Shown: in pieces, positions 39,110 to 53,209 of the stretch
Numbering within the stretch: position 1 is the first letter of the stretch
Layout: each line of letters opens with the position of its first letter
Origin: Paraspadella gotoi
Lineage: Eukaryota > Animalia > Chaetognatha
Reading direction: 5' to 3'
Length of the DNA stretch: 64,000 nucleotides
Assembly (NCBI GenBank): GCA_051294375.1
Contig: CM119264.1
Span: 27,701,918 to 27,765,917 of the forward strand
Translations under genes and position numbers: made by a program
Notes under the pieces: model-generated
Told to the model about the DNA's origin: nothing
The model's input: the letters and a program-made list of their open reading frames with translations, nothing else
Databases searched by the model: none

Positions 39110-41254
39110 TTTTCTTTCTTTCTTTCTTTCTTATCTTTCTTTTCTTTTCTTTCATTGTCTTTTTCTTTCCTTTTCTTTGTTCTTTCTTATTCTTTCAATA
39201 TTTCTATTTTCATTTGTTATATTGCTCTTCGCCATTTTTCTCGTCACGGACTTTTTACTTTTCTCTTCTTCTTTCCTTTTCCTTCTCTCCTCCTCTCTTC
39301 TAACCAGTGACTTCCCTCCCATCTTCGTTGGAGCAGAAAAAGGGAAAGGGGAACTTAGCCAGAAAAGTAGTGACAGCAGAAAGAACGAAAGAAGAAGAAA
39401 GAAAGAAAGAAAGAAGAAGAAAGAAAGAGAGGAAAGAAGGAGAAGAAAAATGAAAGAAGAAAGAAGAAAGAAAGAAAGAAGAAAGAAAAAAGAAAAGAAA
39501 GAAAGAAGAAAGAAAAAGAAAGAAAAAAAGAAAGAAAAGACAACAAATTTAAAAATTAAAGAGAAAGAAGCTAATAAAGAGAGAAAGAAGAAAAAAGTGT
39601 TAAAAATACAAATACAAATATAAGAAAAAACACGTAAAAAAAACGAATGAAAGAGAGAATTAAAAACACAATAGTTCAGATTAGAAAAAGAAAAGAAGAA
39701 AAAAGGAGGAAACTAAAGAGATAAAGAGACGGAAATGAAGGAAGCGAAAAAGAGAGAGATTGAAATTTGTCTTCGCTTCGGCAACGGAGCGCGTAAATCC
39801 GCCTTGTAAAACGCTCAATCAAAAAATAATAAAAATGTTTAAAAAAAAAAATAAAAAAAAGGAAGAAAAGAAAATGAAAAGAAGGAGCTTCGCACTTTGC
39901 ATGAAGTTGTCTCGTTTCGACATGTTCTGGCATGGGTTTTTTTTTAGGTTTTGTAAACGACTAAAATAAGAAATAGTCGTGATATTTATTAGACAAAAAT
40001 TCGTTTTAGATGATGAAGACTCTAACTTTGTAGAGTCGAAACATGTCCGACTTACTTGTCAAAAATTCGTTGCCACAACTAAAAACTGTTTTTCTAAACA
40101 AAATTATCATAATACGGGGATGTTTTGTTAAACGTCCAAGATTCAACACTACATAATATGTAAATGTAATATCTAATGTAAAAATTCAATTTCGGTCTCG
40201 CAGAAGGGCGTGACGGTTTCGCTTTCGCAAAACAAAAGACAAAATTGGATTTGATGATCGATGATGGTGGAGGCAGCTGCGGTACAGCGGGGAAGCGGAG
40301 AATGCTGCATGACGAGAGCAGCGTTTGGCAGTGATTTTTACGACGGTCAACTCCTATGACCTGCTTTGTTTTGCCCACCAAAATTTCCCCACATACCTAA
40401 TTAATTAAAAAAATAAAGATAATAAATTGATGTATTCAAAGAATTTTAACTTTGTCCCCGACTCTCACTAGTATTTCGCCCCATTGGAGTTTACATCCTT
40501 GAAATATGATTCTCTATCCTCTCCTCCTCTCTCTCTTCTCTCTTCTCCTCTCTCTCCTCTCTCCTTTTTCTCTCTGCTCTCTCTCTCTCTCTCTCGCCAG
40601 AGCATGTACTTTTGCATGGTTTCTCATATTCTTATTCAACCTCTCGTTATCCACGCATCGTTCTGCTTCGAGCGAAGCAAATATCTCTCTTGCATTAGAA
40701 TTTCGGCGAATTCATGCACATTACATCTTGTCATCTGCCTCTTCCGTCTCAGAGATATCTATATCGGCTAAGCAATTAATCTAATGAACTCATAATACTA
40801 TTCATCTAATACAATTCGGGGGCGGGCGAAGGGGAGCAGGGGGAGAGACCTCGGCGATGCTGTTTTATTTTTCCACTTGTGCTCATTTATTAGCGCAACC
40901 AAATATTCTCTCGTTGCAGGCGAGTAGGAATGGGGTTGATGGACGGGTGGAGGTGAGGCAGGGTGAGGTAAGGTCTTGGCGCCAATCTCAAAAGTCTGAC
41001 AGCAAATAAGAATGGCAAGAGACAAAATTCTCGCCTTGCCATTTCGATAAAAGCATGCCTTATTCTCCAAAATGATCTAACGGCTTTTATTCGATTTAGA
41101 GATAAATAATATTTAACAAAAATAAGTATTGTTGAAAAAAAAACATATTTAAGTTTGTTCAACTAATCAGGTAGCATTAATAAAAAATATGACGGGATAA
41201 CAGTCGGAGCTTTAATCTCAATCAGTTTACAGTCGTCGTCGACGTCGTCGTCGA

Positions 41255-41291
<37 letters not shown>

Positions 41292-42259
41292 TTCACAATC
41301 CTTCACGATGAGACCAGAGTGACGAGAATAGAAAAGACGAGAGGTCGGTGAATCGCGAAGTAAAACCGGTGAATCGATAAACCTGGAGTCAATTGTGAGG
41401 AAAAAAAATTAAAATGGGAAAAGCAGAATTAAATTCAAACCGACGATTAAAACAAATTTAAAAAGAATAATGTAAAAAAAAAACAAACAAACAAAAAATT
41501 TAACGAGAATAAATCGAGAGAAAAAGTGAGATTCGTAAATATCAATATCAATCATTCAATCAATCATTATATCCTTTAACCAATCAATAATCAAATCATT
41601 ATCTTTGACAAGAAATTCCGTTCTGTCACAAAGATATCGGTTTCATTTCGTTCATTTTCATTTAAATTTCTTTTATATACTTTATTTCATTAATTTCTCC
41701 GCATTTCTTCGTATGTTTTCATTCTTTACGATGCCCATCATGTTTGAGAAGTTCTTGTTTAAATATTACACATTACAGCTAAAAAAAACATGAAAAGTAA
41801 TACGATTTTAAGAGAAATAAAAAAATTAAAAAAGTCAAGTCAACTATTAAAAAAAATTGTAAAAAAAAAGAGAAAAGAGAACAAGAGTCGAGCGAAGGAT
41901 AAAAAAAGGGCAAAAAAAGAAAAAAAAAGAAAAAAAAGGAGAGAGAGAAAATAAAAGGGAGAGAGAGAAAAAAAAGAGAGAGAAAGAAGTCAAGACGGCG
42001 GAAGAGAATGAAGAAGTAAGTGGACCGAGTAATTATTCCATCTCTGTCTCTCAGTCAGAATCTTAACGCGTTTCTTTTTTTTTCGCTTTTTTCTTTTCTT
42101 TTTTTTCTTCCTCCTTTTCTCCTTTTTTTATTTTTTTACGCCTTTCTTCCTTTTTTTATTTGTTTTATTTTTTTTTCTGAGTATTTGTTTTTGGGACTTT
42201 TTGATTGTTTCGCCGGCGCTTTTGTCAGTTTTTCTTTGCCGAAGGAGGGTCTCTCCCTT

Positions 42260-42354
<95 letters not shown>

Positions 42355-42459
42355 CTCATCTGTAAAAGGCAACTGTCAGGGTCATATTTCATGCATCGAA
42401 TCACATCACCTTGCGTTGCCTCCCCTCCCCTTCTCTCTCTCTCGCTCTCTCGCTCTCTC

Positions 42460-42522
<63 letters not shown>

Positions 42523-43503
42523 GTCTTTCTTTGTTTTTTTTCTTTCCTTCTCTTCTCTTTCACCTTTCTATTCTCTCTCGCATCGCACCTTTTTCCATTT
42601 TCCATTCCTCGTCCCACATCCGAATGACATCCGGATCTCTTTGTCATAGGCATCTCTTTTAAATCTCATCCGGGTCTGTTTGACGCGGACATCACTTTCA
42701 AAACTCATCCGGGTCTTTTTGTGGCAGGCAACAATTTTGAATTACATTCGGATCTCTTGGTCGCAGTTTTTGAGCCACATTCGGTTCTTTTTTTTCTTTG
42801 TTTCGGGCGTTACTTTCGAATCACATCCGGGTCTTTTCTTCACAGGCTTCACTTTCTTATCAATTTTTCTCCCATAATTTTTCTTTCTTTTTTTTCTTAT
42901 CTTTTTTCCGCCCCGCAACTTTGCTCCGTTTCTCCTCCAATAATTTCCAGTTTTTTCTTCAAAAATTTTCTTTTTTGTTTTTGAATTTATTTCTTTTTTT
43001 TATTTTTTGGTGTACAGAGTTGTCGTGTTGTATATGACAAACGTTCTCGTTGTTGTTGTTGTTATTGTCGCTAAAAGAGTAAAAATTAGAATTTTACATC
43101 AATATTCTGTTATACTACAAAAATGGGTTTTATTTATCAAAACAATGAGGATAGCATAATTACAGCATATATATATAAATCTCTTTTTATCTCTCTCTCT
43201 CTCTCCGCTTCCGTTTCACACAATCACAAACTCACATACTCTACTTTTCAATTTTCATTTTCCTACATTCATTCCACTCTCTCTCGCTATTTTTCTTCTC
43301 TTAAGCTGGCTCTCACTCTCTCAAAAATATCACTCTCAGGCTTTTCGCTCTCACGCTCGCCATTTTCCCATTTCACGTGGTCACAGTCACGCGCGGTTAT
43401 CGAGTGAAAGAAAGTGAGATATTGGGTTTTTGTTTGTATCGTGAGCGAAATGAGAGGTGAATGTTTTCTTATCTTTTATTATCTCTTTCTTTCTTTCTTA
43501 TTT

Positions 43504-43587
<84 letters not shown>

Positions 43588-43814
43588 TCATTCTTTCTTT
43601 CTTTCTTTGTTCTTTCTTATTCTTTCAATATTTCTATTTTCATTTGTTATATTGCTCTTCGCCATTTTTCTCGTTCACACTTTTACTTTTCTTCTTCTTC
43701 TTCCTTTTCCTTCTCTTCCTCCTCCTTTCTAACCAGTGACTTCCTCCCATCTTCGTTGGAGCAGAAAAAGGGAAAGGAACTTAGCAGAAAAGTAGTGACA
43801 GCAGAAAAGAACGA

Positions 43815-43854
<40 letters not shown>

Positions 43855-43877
43855 GAGAAAGAAGGAGAGAAAAAATA

Positions 43878-43965
<88 letters not shown>

Positions 43966-44934
43966 CAAAAATTTAAAAAATTAAAAGAAAGAAGCTAATA
44001 AAGAGAGAAAGAAGAAAAAAGTGTTAAAAATACAAATACAATATAAGAAAAAAACACGTAAAAAAAAACGAATGAAAGAGAGAATTAAAAACACAATAGT
44101 TCAGATTAGAAAAAGAAAAAGAAGAAAAAAGGAGGAAACTAAAGAGATAAAGAGACGGAAATGAAGGAACGAAAAAGAGAGAGATTGAAATTTGTCTTCG
44201 CTTCGGCAACGGAGCGCGTAAATCCGCCTTGTAAAACGCTCAATCAAAAAATAATAAAAAAATGTTAAAAAAAAAAATAAAGAAAAAGGAGAAAAAAAGA
44301 AAAGAGGAGTTTCGCACTTTCGCATTGAAAAGTTGTCTTCGTTTTGTCGAATGTTTTGGCGGTTTTTTTTTAGGTTTTGTAAACGACTAAAATAAGAAAT
44401 AGTCGTGATATTTATTAACAAAAATTCGTTTTAAGATGATGAAGACTCTAACTTTGTAAGAGTCGAAACATGTCCGACTTACTTGTCAAAAAATTCGTTG
44501 CCACAACTAAAAACTGTTTTTCCTAAACAAAATATCATAATACGGGGTGTTTGTTAAACGTTCCAAGGATTCAACACTACATAATATGTAATGTAATATC
44601 TAATGTAAATTCAATTTCGGATCTCGGCAGAGGGCGTGACGGTTTCGTTTCGCAAAACAAAAGACAATTGGATTTGATGGTCGATGATGGTGGAGGCAGC
44701 TGCGGTACAGCGGCGGAAGCGGAGAATGCTGCATGACGAGAGCAGCGTTGGCAGTGATTTTTACGACGGTCAACTCCCTATGACCTGCTTTGTTTTGCCC
44801 ACAAAATTCCCCACATACCTAAATTAATTAAAAAAATAAAGATAATAAATTGATGTAATTCAAAGAATTTTAACTTTGTCCCCGACTCTCACTAGTATTT
44901 CCCCATTGGAGTTTACATCCCTTGAAAATATGAT

Positions 44935-45034
<100 letters not shown>

Positions 45035-46037
45035 CAGAGGCATGTACCTTTTGCATGGTTTCTCATATCTTATTCAACCTCTCGTTCCACGCATCGTCTG
45101 CTCGAGCGAAGCAAATATCTCTCTCTGTCATTAGATCTCGCGATCATCACATTACATCTGTCATCTGCTCTTCCGTCCAGAGATATTCTATCGGTAGCTT
45201 TATCTTGAAACTCGATAATACTATCAATAATACAATCAAAACTTTGTTTATATCCGAAATGTTTCAGTTGCATTCGCAATCAATTGGTATAAAAACTTTG
45301 TGTAATATCTGAATATCGAATATCGAATCAATGCGCGGGGGAGAACCGAGGTTAAATTTCTTTCTTTCTTTATATTTTTTTCCCTCATTTTTCGTCAGCA
45401 ATCAGAAAATCATCATTTCATTCCATTGGCGTCCTTCTGCAGTTGCATTTGCCTCCATTTTTGTCAATTTGCGTTTTTACCTTGGTGAACTTTTCCTTCT
45501 CACATGTGATTTTCATTTAATTTTTTTTTTTATCTCTTTCTTTCTAAACTTTTATTTATATTTCATTTTCTGTTTTCTCTATACTTCATTTTTTGCTCCT
45601 TATTTCATTTTCTTCTTCGTATCACAAGACTTTCACAATATATCATTTTTTCCTTTCTTTTCATTTTTCATTTTTCATTCGCCTCCCACTCTCTCCCTCT
45701 TTTTCCCTATTGTTATCAACCCTCAACTTTTTCTCTCTCTTTTATTTCATTTCTTTTTTTCTCGCTCTAACGATTTCCGCAGACGCTTAGCGAATTTTAT
45801 TTGTTTCCAGTGTTCGTCTTTTCTCTTTCAAGTTCACAATTTTTACCAAGTTGCAAAACATAAACAAAACAAAAAATTGTGTAAGTCGCTCGATTTTTTG
45901 CGAAAGAGAATATTAACATACAAATTAGTAAATTACTAAGTTCGGAAAACTAGGGAATAGAATCATGTGGCTATTGCTCAAAAACTTTTTTCTCTCCTCC
46001 CTCTCTCTCTCTCGTACTCTCTCTCTGTCTCTCTCTC

Positions 46038-46105
<68 letters not shown>

Positions 46106-46539
46106 CCGTCTTCTTCTCTCACCCTCAAGTCTCCACGGACAGATTCCGTCTATTCGTTTTCCGCGTGTTATTTCCTCAGGTCACCGAATTGTTAGAAGGG
46201 ATAGTAACAAGACAGACGACTTTACAACGGGAGGTTTTTCTTCTCCGAGCGCTCCCAATCGAGGATTCAGTCTTACGGCGCAACTAAAACAAAAGGGCGA
46301 GCACCAAGTTGATGGGGCGATGAAAACCGAGATTTGCTCGGTATAAGTGTTGAGAGAGACGCAGAGAGAGAGAGAGAGAGAGAGAGCAGCATGTCGATGA
46401 GGAGAGATGAGAGACGAGAGAGAGAAAGAGACTGAGAGAGCGAGCGAGAGAGAGAGAGAACATATGAGGAAAAGCAGGTTGAGCGGATCGGCGTGAGTTG
46501 TGGAGGTCAACACGAAGCGCAAAAGATATAAAGATTAAG

Positions 46540-47330
46540 AGAGAGCAGAGCAGGCAAGGACAGAGACCAGAAGACAAAAATACAGAAGAGAAAAAAAACA
46601 AAGAAACAAATTAAAAAAACGGTTTTAGATTTCGTGTACAAATTTTTAACTTCGAACTTTTAGACTCAATATTTTCAATATTTATGTTTATTTCTTTTGA
46701 TTTCTATTCATCAATCTTGTAAGCTATTTTTTCTTTACTTTTCTCCTCTTTTCTCAGTCTAAATTTCTTTGTTCTTTCTCTTCCTTCTTTCTCTTTTCTT
46801 TCTTTCTTTCTTTCTTTCTCTTTTTTCTTTTTCTTCTTATTCTCTCTTCTTCTTTTCTCTCCTTCTTTGCTCCTTTTCTTTCTTTTTCGTTTTTTCTTTC
46901 TTCTTATTTATTCTCGGATTCGCTTTCCCCTCTCCTCCTTCCTCTTTCTCCCTTCCTCTCCTTCTCTCCTTTTTTTCTTTCTATCGACTCCCTTCGGCTA
47001 TGTTCCATCCCTGCTCCTCCTTTTCCCCTCCCCTGCCTCCATATCCCTCCTCCTTCTTCCTCTCTTCCCCCACTCCTCCTCCTCCCATCTTCCTCTCCTC
47101 CCCTCCCCCTCCTCACTTCCCCCTCCTCCCATCTCCCCTCCTCCCCTCCTCCCCCTCCGACATCTTCTTCGAACGCCAGACAAACCAGCGCCATATTTTT
47201 TTTTGCTTTTATCGTTACATCCGACGGAGTTTCCTACTTTTTCTCGCCTTTTTGTAACCGACTCGAAACTCGCCAATTAATATATTTCCGGTTACGAGTT
47301 CCGACTCTGAGAGACGAATCTCTTCTCCTC
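46540..47330. repeat. Segment re-copied in two parts at ~48140-48420 and ~59640-60255 on either side of the LTR element
   Basis: Anchors: cggttttagatttcg..cttcgaacttttagactcaatatt (46620, 48211); attctcggattcgctttcccc and ccgacatcttctt..gaacgccagacaa (46910/47157, 59748/60081). Confidence 0.85.
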
Positions 47331-48386
47331 CGTCGATTCCTGAGGAGAGAGACTGCAAGCGGAGACTGTTTTTTGATTGATTACTTTTGATAGGCTCGCG
47401 ACACCGACTAGCCTCTCCCGAAAAAAAAAAGAAAAAAAAGGTAGGGTTCGTTGTGGGGTGGAGTGGGAGAAGGAAGAATGGGTGAGGAAGAGTAAGTTTA
47501 AAATTCGGCTTTATTTTCCGAAACCGCCCCTTTGAGTCTTAAGTTTGTAATTTTATTAAATAAAAGTTAATTTTTTTTAAGGTGAAGATTAGGTTGGAGG
47601 TTAGGGTTGTGTGTGAATTAGGCGCGTTAGAAGCGATTAAGGGACTTCAAGGTTCCATGGGAGGCCGGCTTAACCAAGAGAATTAAGGTTAAATATCAAA
47701 GGATTCAGCGTTAAGGGTTTGAAGAATATAAGGTGCCAGGGATTAGCGCCATTAAAAGCTTGGGGTTANNNNNNNNNNNNNNNNNNNNNNNNNNNNNNNN
47801 NNNNNNNNNNNNNNNNNNNNNNNNNNNNNTCTATTTCGTTGTGTTTTAAGATTTAGAGAAAAACAATTAAATAAAAAAATTAAATAAAACAAATAATAAT
47901 TGTTTTTCTCTAAAAGAATTAATTTTTTTTGTTAAATATTATGATTAATTTACAATTCCTGGATGAAAGAAAAGAGAGTCCAAAACTTTGATCAGGCAAA
48001 GGCGTGGGGGACAAGCAAAGAAAAAAGAAGAAAAAAAAACTGAAAGACAAAAAAAAATGAAACAGAAAAACATTGNNNNNNNNNNGCAGGTGAGGTGGTC
48101 GGGGAGGTTGGGAGGGAAAGAAGCAAAGAAAAAGGATTAAGAGAGAGCAGAGAGAAAGACAGAGACAGAGACAAAAACAGAAAGAAAAAAAAAGAAACAA
48201 AATAAAAAAACGGTTTTAGATTTCGGATACAATTTTTCAACTTCGAACTTTTAGACTCAATATTTCAATATTTATGTTTATTTTCGCTGATTTCTATTTC
48301 ATCATCTTTCTTGTAAACTATTTTTTTCTTTTACTTTCTCCTCTTTTTCAGTCTAAATTCTTTGTTCTTCTTCTTTCATTTTTTCT

Positions 48387-48418
<32 letters not shown>

Positions 48419-48420
48419 TT

Positions 48421-48729
48421 TATATCAACCAAAACGCAGCTTTTTTTACTGAGAAGTATGACTGATGGTATTTTTAAAGTAATAGTCAGACAGTTACTCA
48501 TAATATATATTATTAAATTTATTTTTAATATTAATAAAATGGGGGTTCTTTATCCTCTTCTTACAAAACCAAATAGTTATTCTATACAAGAACGTGCTAG
48601 GAAAAAAAAATAACACAGTAAAAAAATATAACTGGCTCATTATATATATATATGATCCGATTTATTGACATTAATGTAAAAATAAAAATTTCCCAAAATC
48701 ATTCATACAAGTTTCTAATTTTATAAACA
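48421..48729 (-). repeat. 3' LTR (only the first ~300 bp; truncated at an assembly join)
   Basis: Begins TG (plus-strand ca at 48728-48729) directly after the PPT; aligns loosely with 59313-59490 (tatatcaaccaaa...ggttc...aggaaa..acacag..tataactg...tacaa.tttcta). Confidence 0.7.
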
Positions 48730-48738
48730 TCCCCTCCC
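48730..48738 (-). promoter_or_regulatory. Polypurine tract GGGAGGGGA
   Basis: Immediately upstream of the TGT start of the 3' LTR on the minus strand. Confidence 0.7.
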
Positions 48739-51079
48739 ATCAACAATTCTTATAACGGGTCCTCGTGTATAATTAACCAGGGAGGGTGGGTAGTCATCCA
48801 TAATTATATTATACTTATGTTAATTATTAAATTTTAATTTATTTATAATTATTATTAACTTATTTTATATTTATTTATTTATTAATTACTTATCTTATAA
48901 TTATTTATTACCATTTAATAGTATTAATATTTATCTAGTTATTTAAATAAAATATATATATGTATATATATATATATTTTTTTTGACCAACCCTGTATCC
49001 ATTATAATTAACCTCTTTACCATTTCCCCCCTTTTTTCTTCCCCAAAAAAGGGTTTCTTGAGCCACTCTGTAATTGCTCGACGTCCTTTTGTTTGGACGA
49101 TGCATCCGCGGTTTTCCCGTAGAACAATATTCCCCCTGAATTTGATCACGAACTGTCAGAAGGGATAATCCGGATTGTAGCAGGTTAACTTTTGGCTAGT
49201 AGGTTAGTTTGTTGTGAGCTTGTGTTTATTTTGGTGCGTCTGAGGTTCACGTCACCATTCACTTGGGTTTTTTGTCTTGGTGGTAACTTGTTGGATTTTA
49301 CTGTTAGTTGTTGTTTGGTATTTGTGGTGAGGTACTTAGGGTAAGTCATCCATCGGTCGTAACTTGTGAATTCATAATTGCGAATAGAATTTGTTGTATA
49401 TTTCAAACTAGATTTACAGGTTTCTCCTTGTTCACGTTGAAGTAGACAGTTTTATAAATCATTGTATGGTTTGTTTGGGTAAGTACACGTTTTTTTTTTA
49501 ATATTTAGTGAATTGTTCTTATCTCTCCCTCTCCCCCTCAACTAACATTCAAAAATCTTTTTCCGGCAATTTTATTTTTAAATATTAGGCTTATGTACTT
49601 CGCCTAACCGTTAAATCTCCCTGTTCAGCATTCCTGGTTCAGCGATAGTCACCACAAATAAACTTTGATGTGCGTTAACAAATCGACTTTTACTTCAAAG
49701 CAATCTGTCTTAAGGTTTTTACCTCAAAATTCGCGGTTTTGATGATACTAATCTGACTAACGTACCAATCTATTCCATTAAGTTAGGTCTGATAACTCAA
49801 ATTTTGGTACTAAACCGACAACATTTTAATTGAAATTTTACTTTCAATATTGTAGTAACAGTAAAACAATTTAAATTAATATGCGAACCAATAAAATCAA
49901 ACTTCGAAACTCAATAGGCAACAATAACAGCAAAGCTACAAAGAGAAGAAAGAAAAGGAATGTGATGAGTAAGCAACTGCTCACAGTACAATTATATTCT
50001 GATTGAATATTTTTAATGGCAACGTAACAATTTAAAAGTGAACAGAAGCAGGCTAGCAGCCTTGATCAATAGAAAAAAATTCAAGATCGATAAATGGTAA
50101 CTATCTACAGCTGGGTACCCCCTTAATCCCTTTTTCCTCTCTCTCCGCCTCACCACTAGTTCCCTTAAGGTCTTGTATGAGGCCACTATGATTTTTGAGC
50201 GAGGCAATCGCCCGGTAAAACCCTTCTCTTCCCCTTTTTAATACTTAAGTTCCACGTCCCAACGATTACTTGTGTCTAGAGACGGAAGTAGACTTTAGTG
50301 CGTGATGGCACTCATGGATTAGCCATAAGTCTTTTTGAGAATACGCGCACGGAGCCCCTTGTTTTCTTCTTGCTCGCCGGAAGCTACATTTAGGTTGAAC
50401 ATCAAGGCTATTCCCACAGTCAACAATTTCCTCCATCAAATTGCAGCGTTGTCCGATTATAGAAATCCGGCCCGCAGCAAAGGCATGATTAATAAAAGGA
50501 TTTATTATTTTTATTATAGTATGCAATTTTATTGACACTAAGTTGATTCTTCCATATGCTTAAGGTACAATGAACACTTAGTAAGGTACGATGAATACTT
50601 GGGCAATGCGGCATCTCACCAAAATAACTTGTATATTTACTTTATATATCTATATTACGTAAGTGAAGTTAACTGGATAATAAACACTGCAATTCACATT
50701 AGTTTTACACGAAACCTATAAGCATTGGAGTGCGTAGCGGGCTGCGTCCTCATCTTTTTCCCCCTTACTTCCACCATGCACGGCGCGTGGTGCAGAAGCG
50801 GCAATCAGAATTTTTTGCCAATAACCGCGTGTACCGTCACCCCCTTCCGCTTTTCACCGATGGGTGGTCGCCGCATGGATGAAACTCTGTCACATTGTAG
50901 GGTCTACAACCTAAAATTTATATCCATTTTATAATTACTACTGGTGGTTCTTCATTTTACCTTTACCCATTTACCCACTTACCACTTTCAATTTTACATT
51001 TAGTATATTGACTATTTACTTTATTTTAATAATAAAATATATATATATATATTTTTTTTTTTTATTATTAAGCTTTTGC

Positions 51080-52310
51080 TGTTTCAAACCTGCAGCGTGG
51101 CTGATGCGGATGTCTCGTCAGCATTTCCCGTGTCGTTTAGCAACAAGCCCCGTCTCCCCCCCTGCTCCTTGGTAATTCGCGATTAAGATGAAAAAATTCG
51201 TTGTTGGCCGGTTTGAGTTGCGCAGGCCGTCGTAAACTAGGAAAACTTCTCGGCAGGTGCCTGGTTTAGAGATAGTCCAGGCAGACATGAAAGCATTGCC
51301 CTCCTATTTACAGTGTCTCCGGCAGTCCCCCTTGTTAGTCTCGTAGCGTTGACTGCAATTCCCCTGTTGATGTGCCCCTTGTTGACGTTTTTGTCCGTCT
51401 GAGCTAATGGCGTCGACGAAGCCGCTCTCCCTTTGTTGAAAGCTCTTTTCGTAGATCCGTCTGCGCTTCAGCGTCGCACGAGTCGCCCCTCTCCTTTGTT
51501 GCCTTTCCCTCCTTTTTCCTTCCTTCAATCCCCCATTTCTTACCTTTCTTTTGTTTCACAACTTCCTTTACTAGATCTATTTACAAAGGATCATCTTTAC
51601 TTATGTAGCAGGGCTTACGACCGACAGTGAGGGCATGAAACGTGGCCGGCAGTCCACGTATCAAATGCCACCATTTTGCAGAGATCTTGCAGCCCTTCAT
51701 CATCACGGAATTCTGGCCAGATCAAGCAGATTAGACACCTGAGTTTCAAAAAGGGTCGAATGACTCGTCCACACCTTTCAACCGATCTCCTTTTCCCCCC
51801 CCCCCAGGTAAAGATCGGCGCTTGTGGCGTACCGTTGTCTTCTTCTTCTCCTTGTGCGGCCCTTGCTGTTGGATTTCATATGTTGGCTCGGGTGATCCCT
51901 TCTTACACCAATTCCCCATTAGGTAGCCCCTTCCGCCAGAATTCCTCCTGGTCTTGTTCCGCGTTATTGAATACTATTCTTGAGGTTTGATGCTGGCACT
52001 TCTCGGAGACTTGCTCAATCGCGATTCTCGCAAAGTTTCTTGGGAATTCCCATTACTTCGGCGCCGATGATTAGATGAACTTCTTTTATAGCGTTGAAGG
52101 CCTGCTGATGTTTCCGTCAGTGTCGACGCTGTTCAAGGCATAAGTATTAATCTGTCTCCGGCGGCCGTATTTTCAAAGGTTGATTTTGTTCCATTGTACA
52201 TCGACAGCTTTGTCGAAGAGAGCGACGTCTCTAGCAGTAGTAGTTGTCTCTTTAATGGGCAGAAGCCCACTATCTTTTGTAAGAGTTCCAATGGCAACTC
52301 TGTGCAACAT
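51080..52310 (-). CDS. Accessory ORF B: N-terminal F-box-like protein (frameshifted; 3' extent uncertain)
   Basis: ATG at 52310, then in one frame ELPLELLQKIVGFCPLKRQLLLL, and after one shift LFDKAVDVQWNKINL; fits F-box consensus L..LP.E.L..I...L.......L..V...F......W..I.L. Confidence 0.6.
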
Positions 52311-52418
52311 TACTCTTGACTCCTAGAATAAGAGTTTAAAAACATGAAAGAGATAAATAAAATTAACGCCACAGCAAAAAGATTTTCCCCTTGCCACCAT
52401 TCCCATAAACCGCGTATA

Positions 52419-53046
52419 CTATTTCTTTTTTCTTTTGTAAAATGAACATATATATATCTTTACGATACTCTTACTACACAAAGTGTCCAATAGTGACGCC
52501 AAAAACAATTTAAAATCGCTAGGAAAAGAAATTTTGCCAAAAAACGGTCGCAGAATAATCGTAAGGCTAGCAATCGATTTCCTATCCGATCTTGCTACTA
52601 ATTTTCCCGGTAGGCCAACAGCGATCATAAGTGGCGCGATACTTTCCTTCAATCTATTGATTCGCAACGACTTCTCTCTTCCTTGCCCAACGTTCAGAAT
52701 GCGATTCTCAAACTTTATATTGTATTCATCCGCGCTTTCGAATATTTTTCCGATGAAAGACAATATTGAGAGAAAAGGCAACAGGCTTAATCAGTAGATT
52801 GTAATTGATCTAGGTAGTTAACTTAATTTACATATTACAAAATGGCCTTCATAGCTTCTGACATTAGCAGGGTTGAGGCTTCTCTACTTTTACCAACTTT
52901 TATGATACGATACGTACCGTTACCAGGTTTGGGACCACGGAAGGATTCATGTGTCTTCATACATGGGGGCTTTTCATAGGGCGGATTCACCCGGGGCACA
53001 TGGAGAAGGATTTCAATGGGCAACGTAAGATGAAGGACTTGAACAT
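52419..53046 (-). CDS. Accessory ORF A: N-terminal F-box-like protein (frameshifted)
   Basis: ATG at 53046 (MFKSF), then after a shift LTLPIEILLHV..N.PYE; open coding continues through ORF-track entries 52835-53023 and 52419-52781. Confidence 0.45.
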
Positions 53047-53209
53047 TGGATTACACCAATAGGTTTCAAGTAGGGCCCTGGATTGCGAGATCATTTCCGA
53101 TGTTACCCAAGCTTCCCCAATAACTTATTTTTATGTATTTTATTATTTATTATTCATTTATTATTTATTAAACAATTATATCAGTAATTACCAAAAATCA
53201 AATTAGGTC

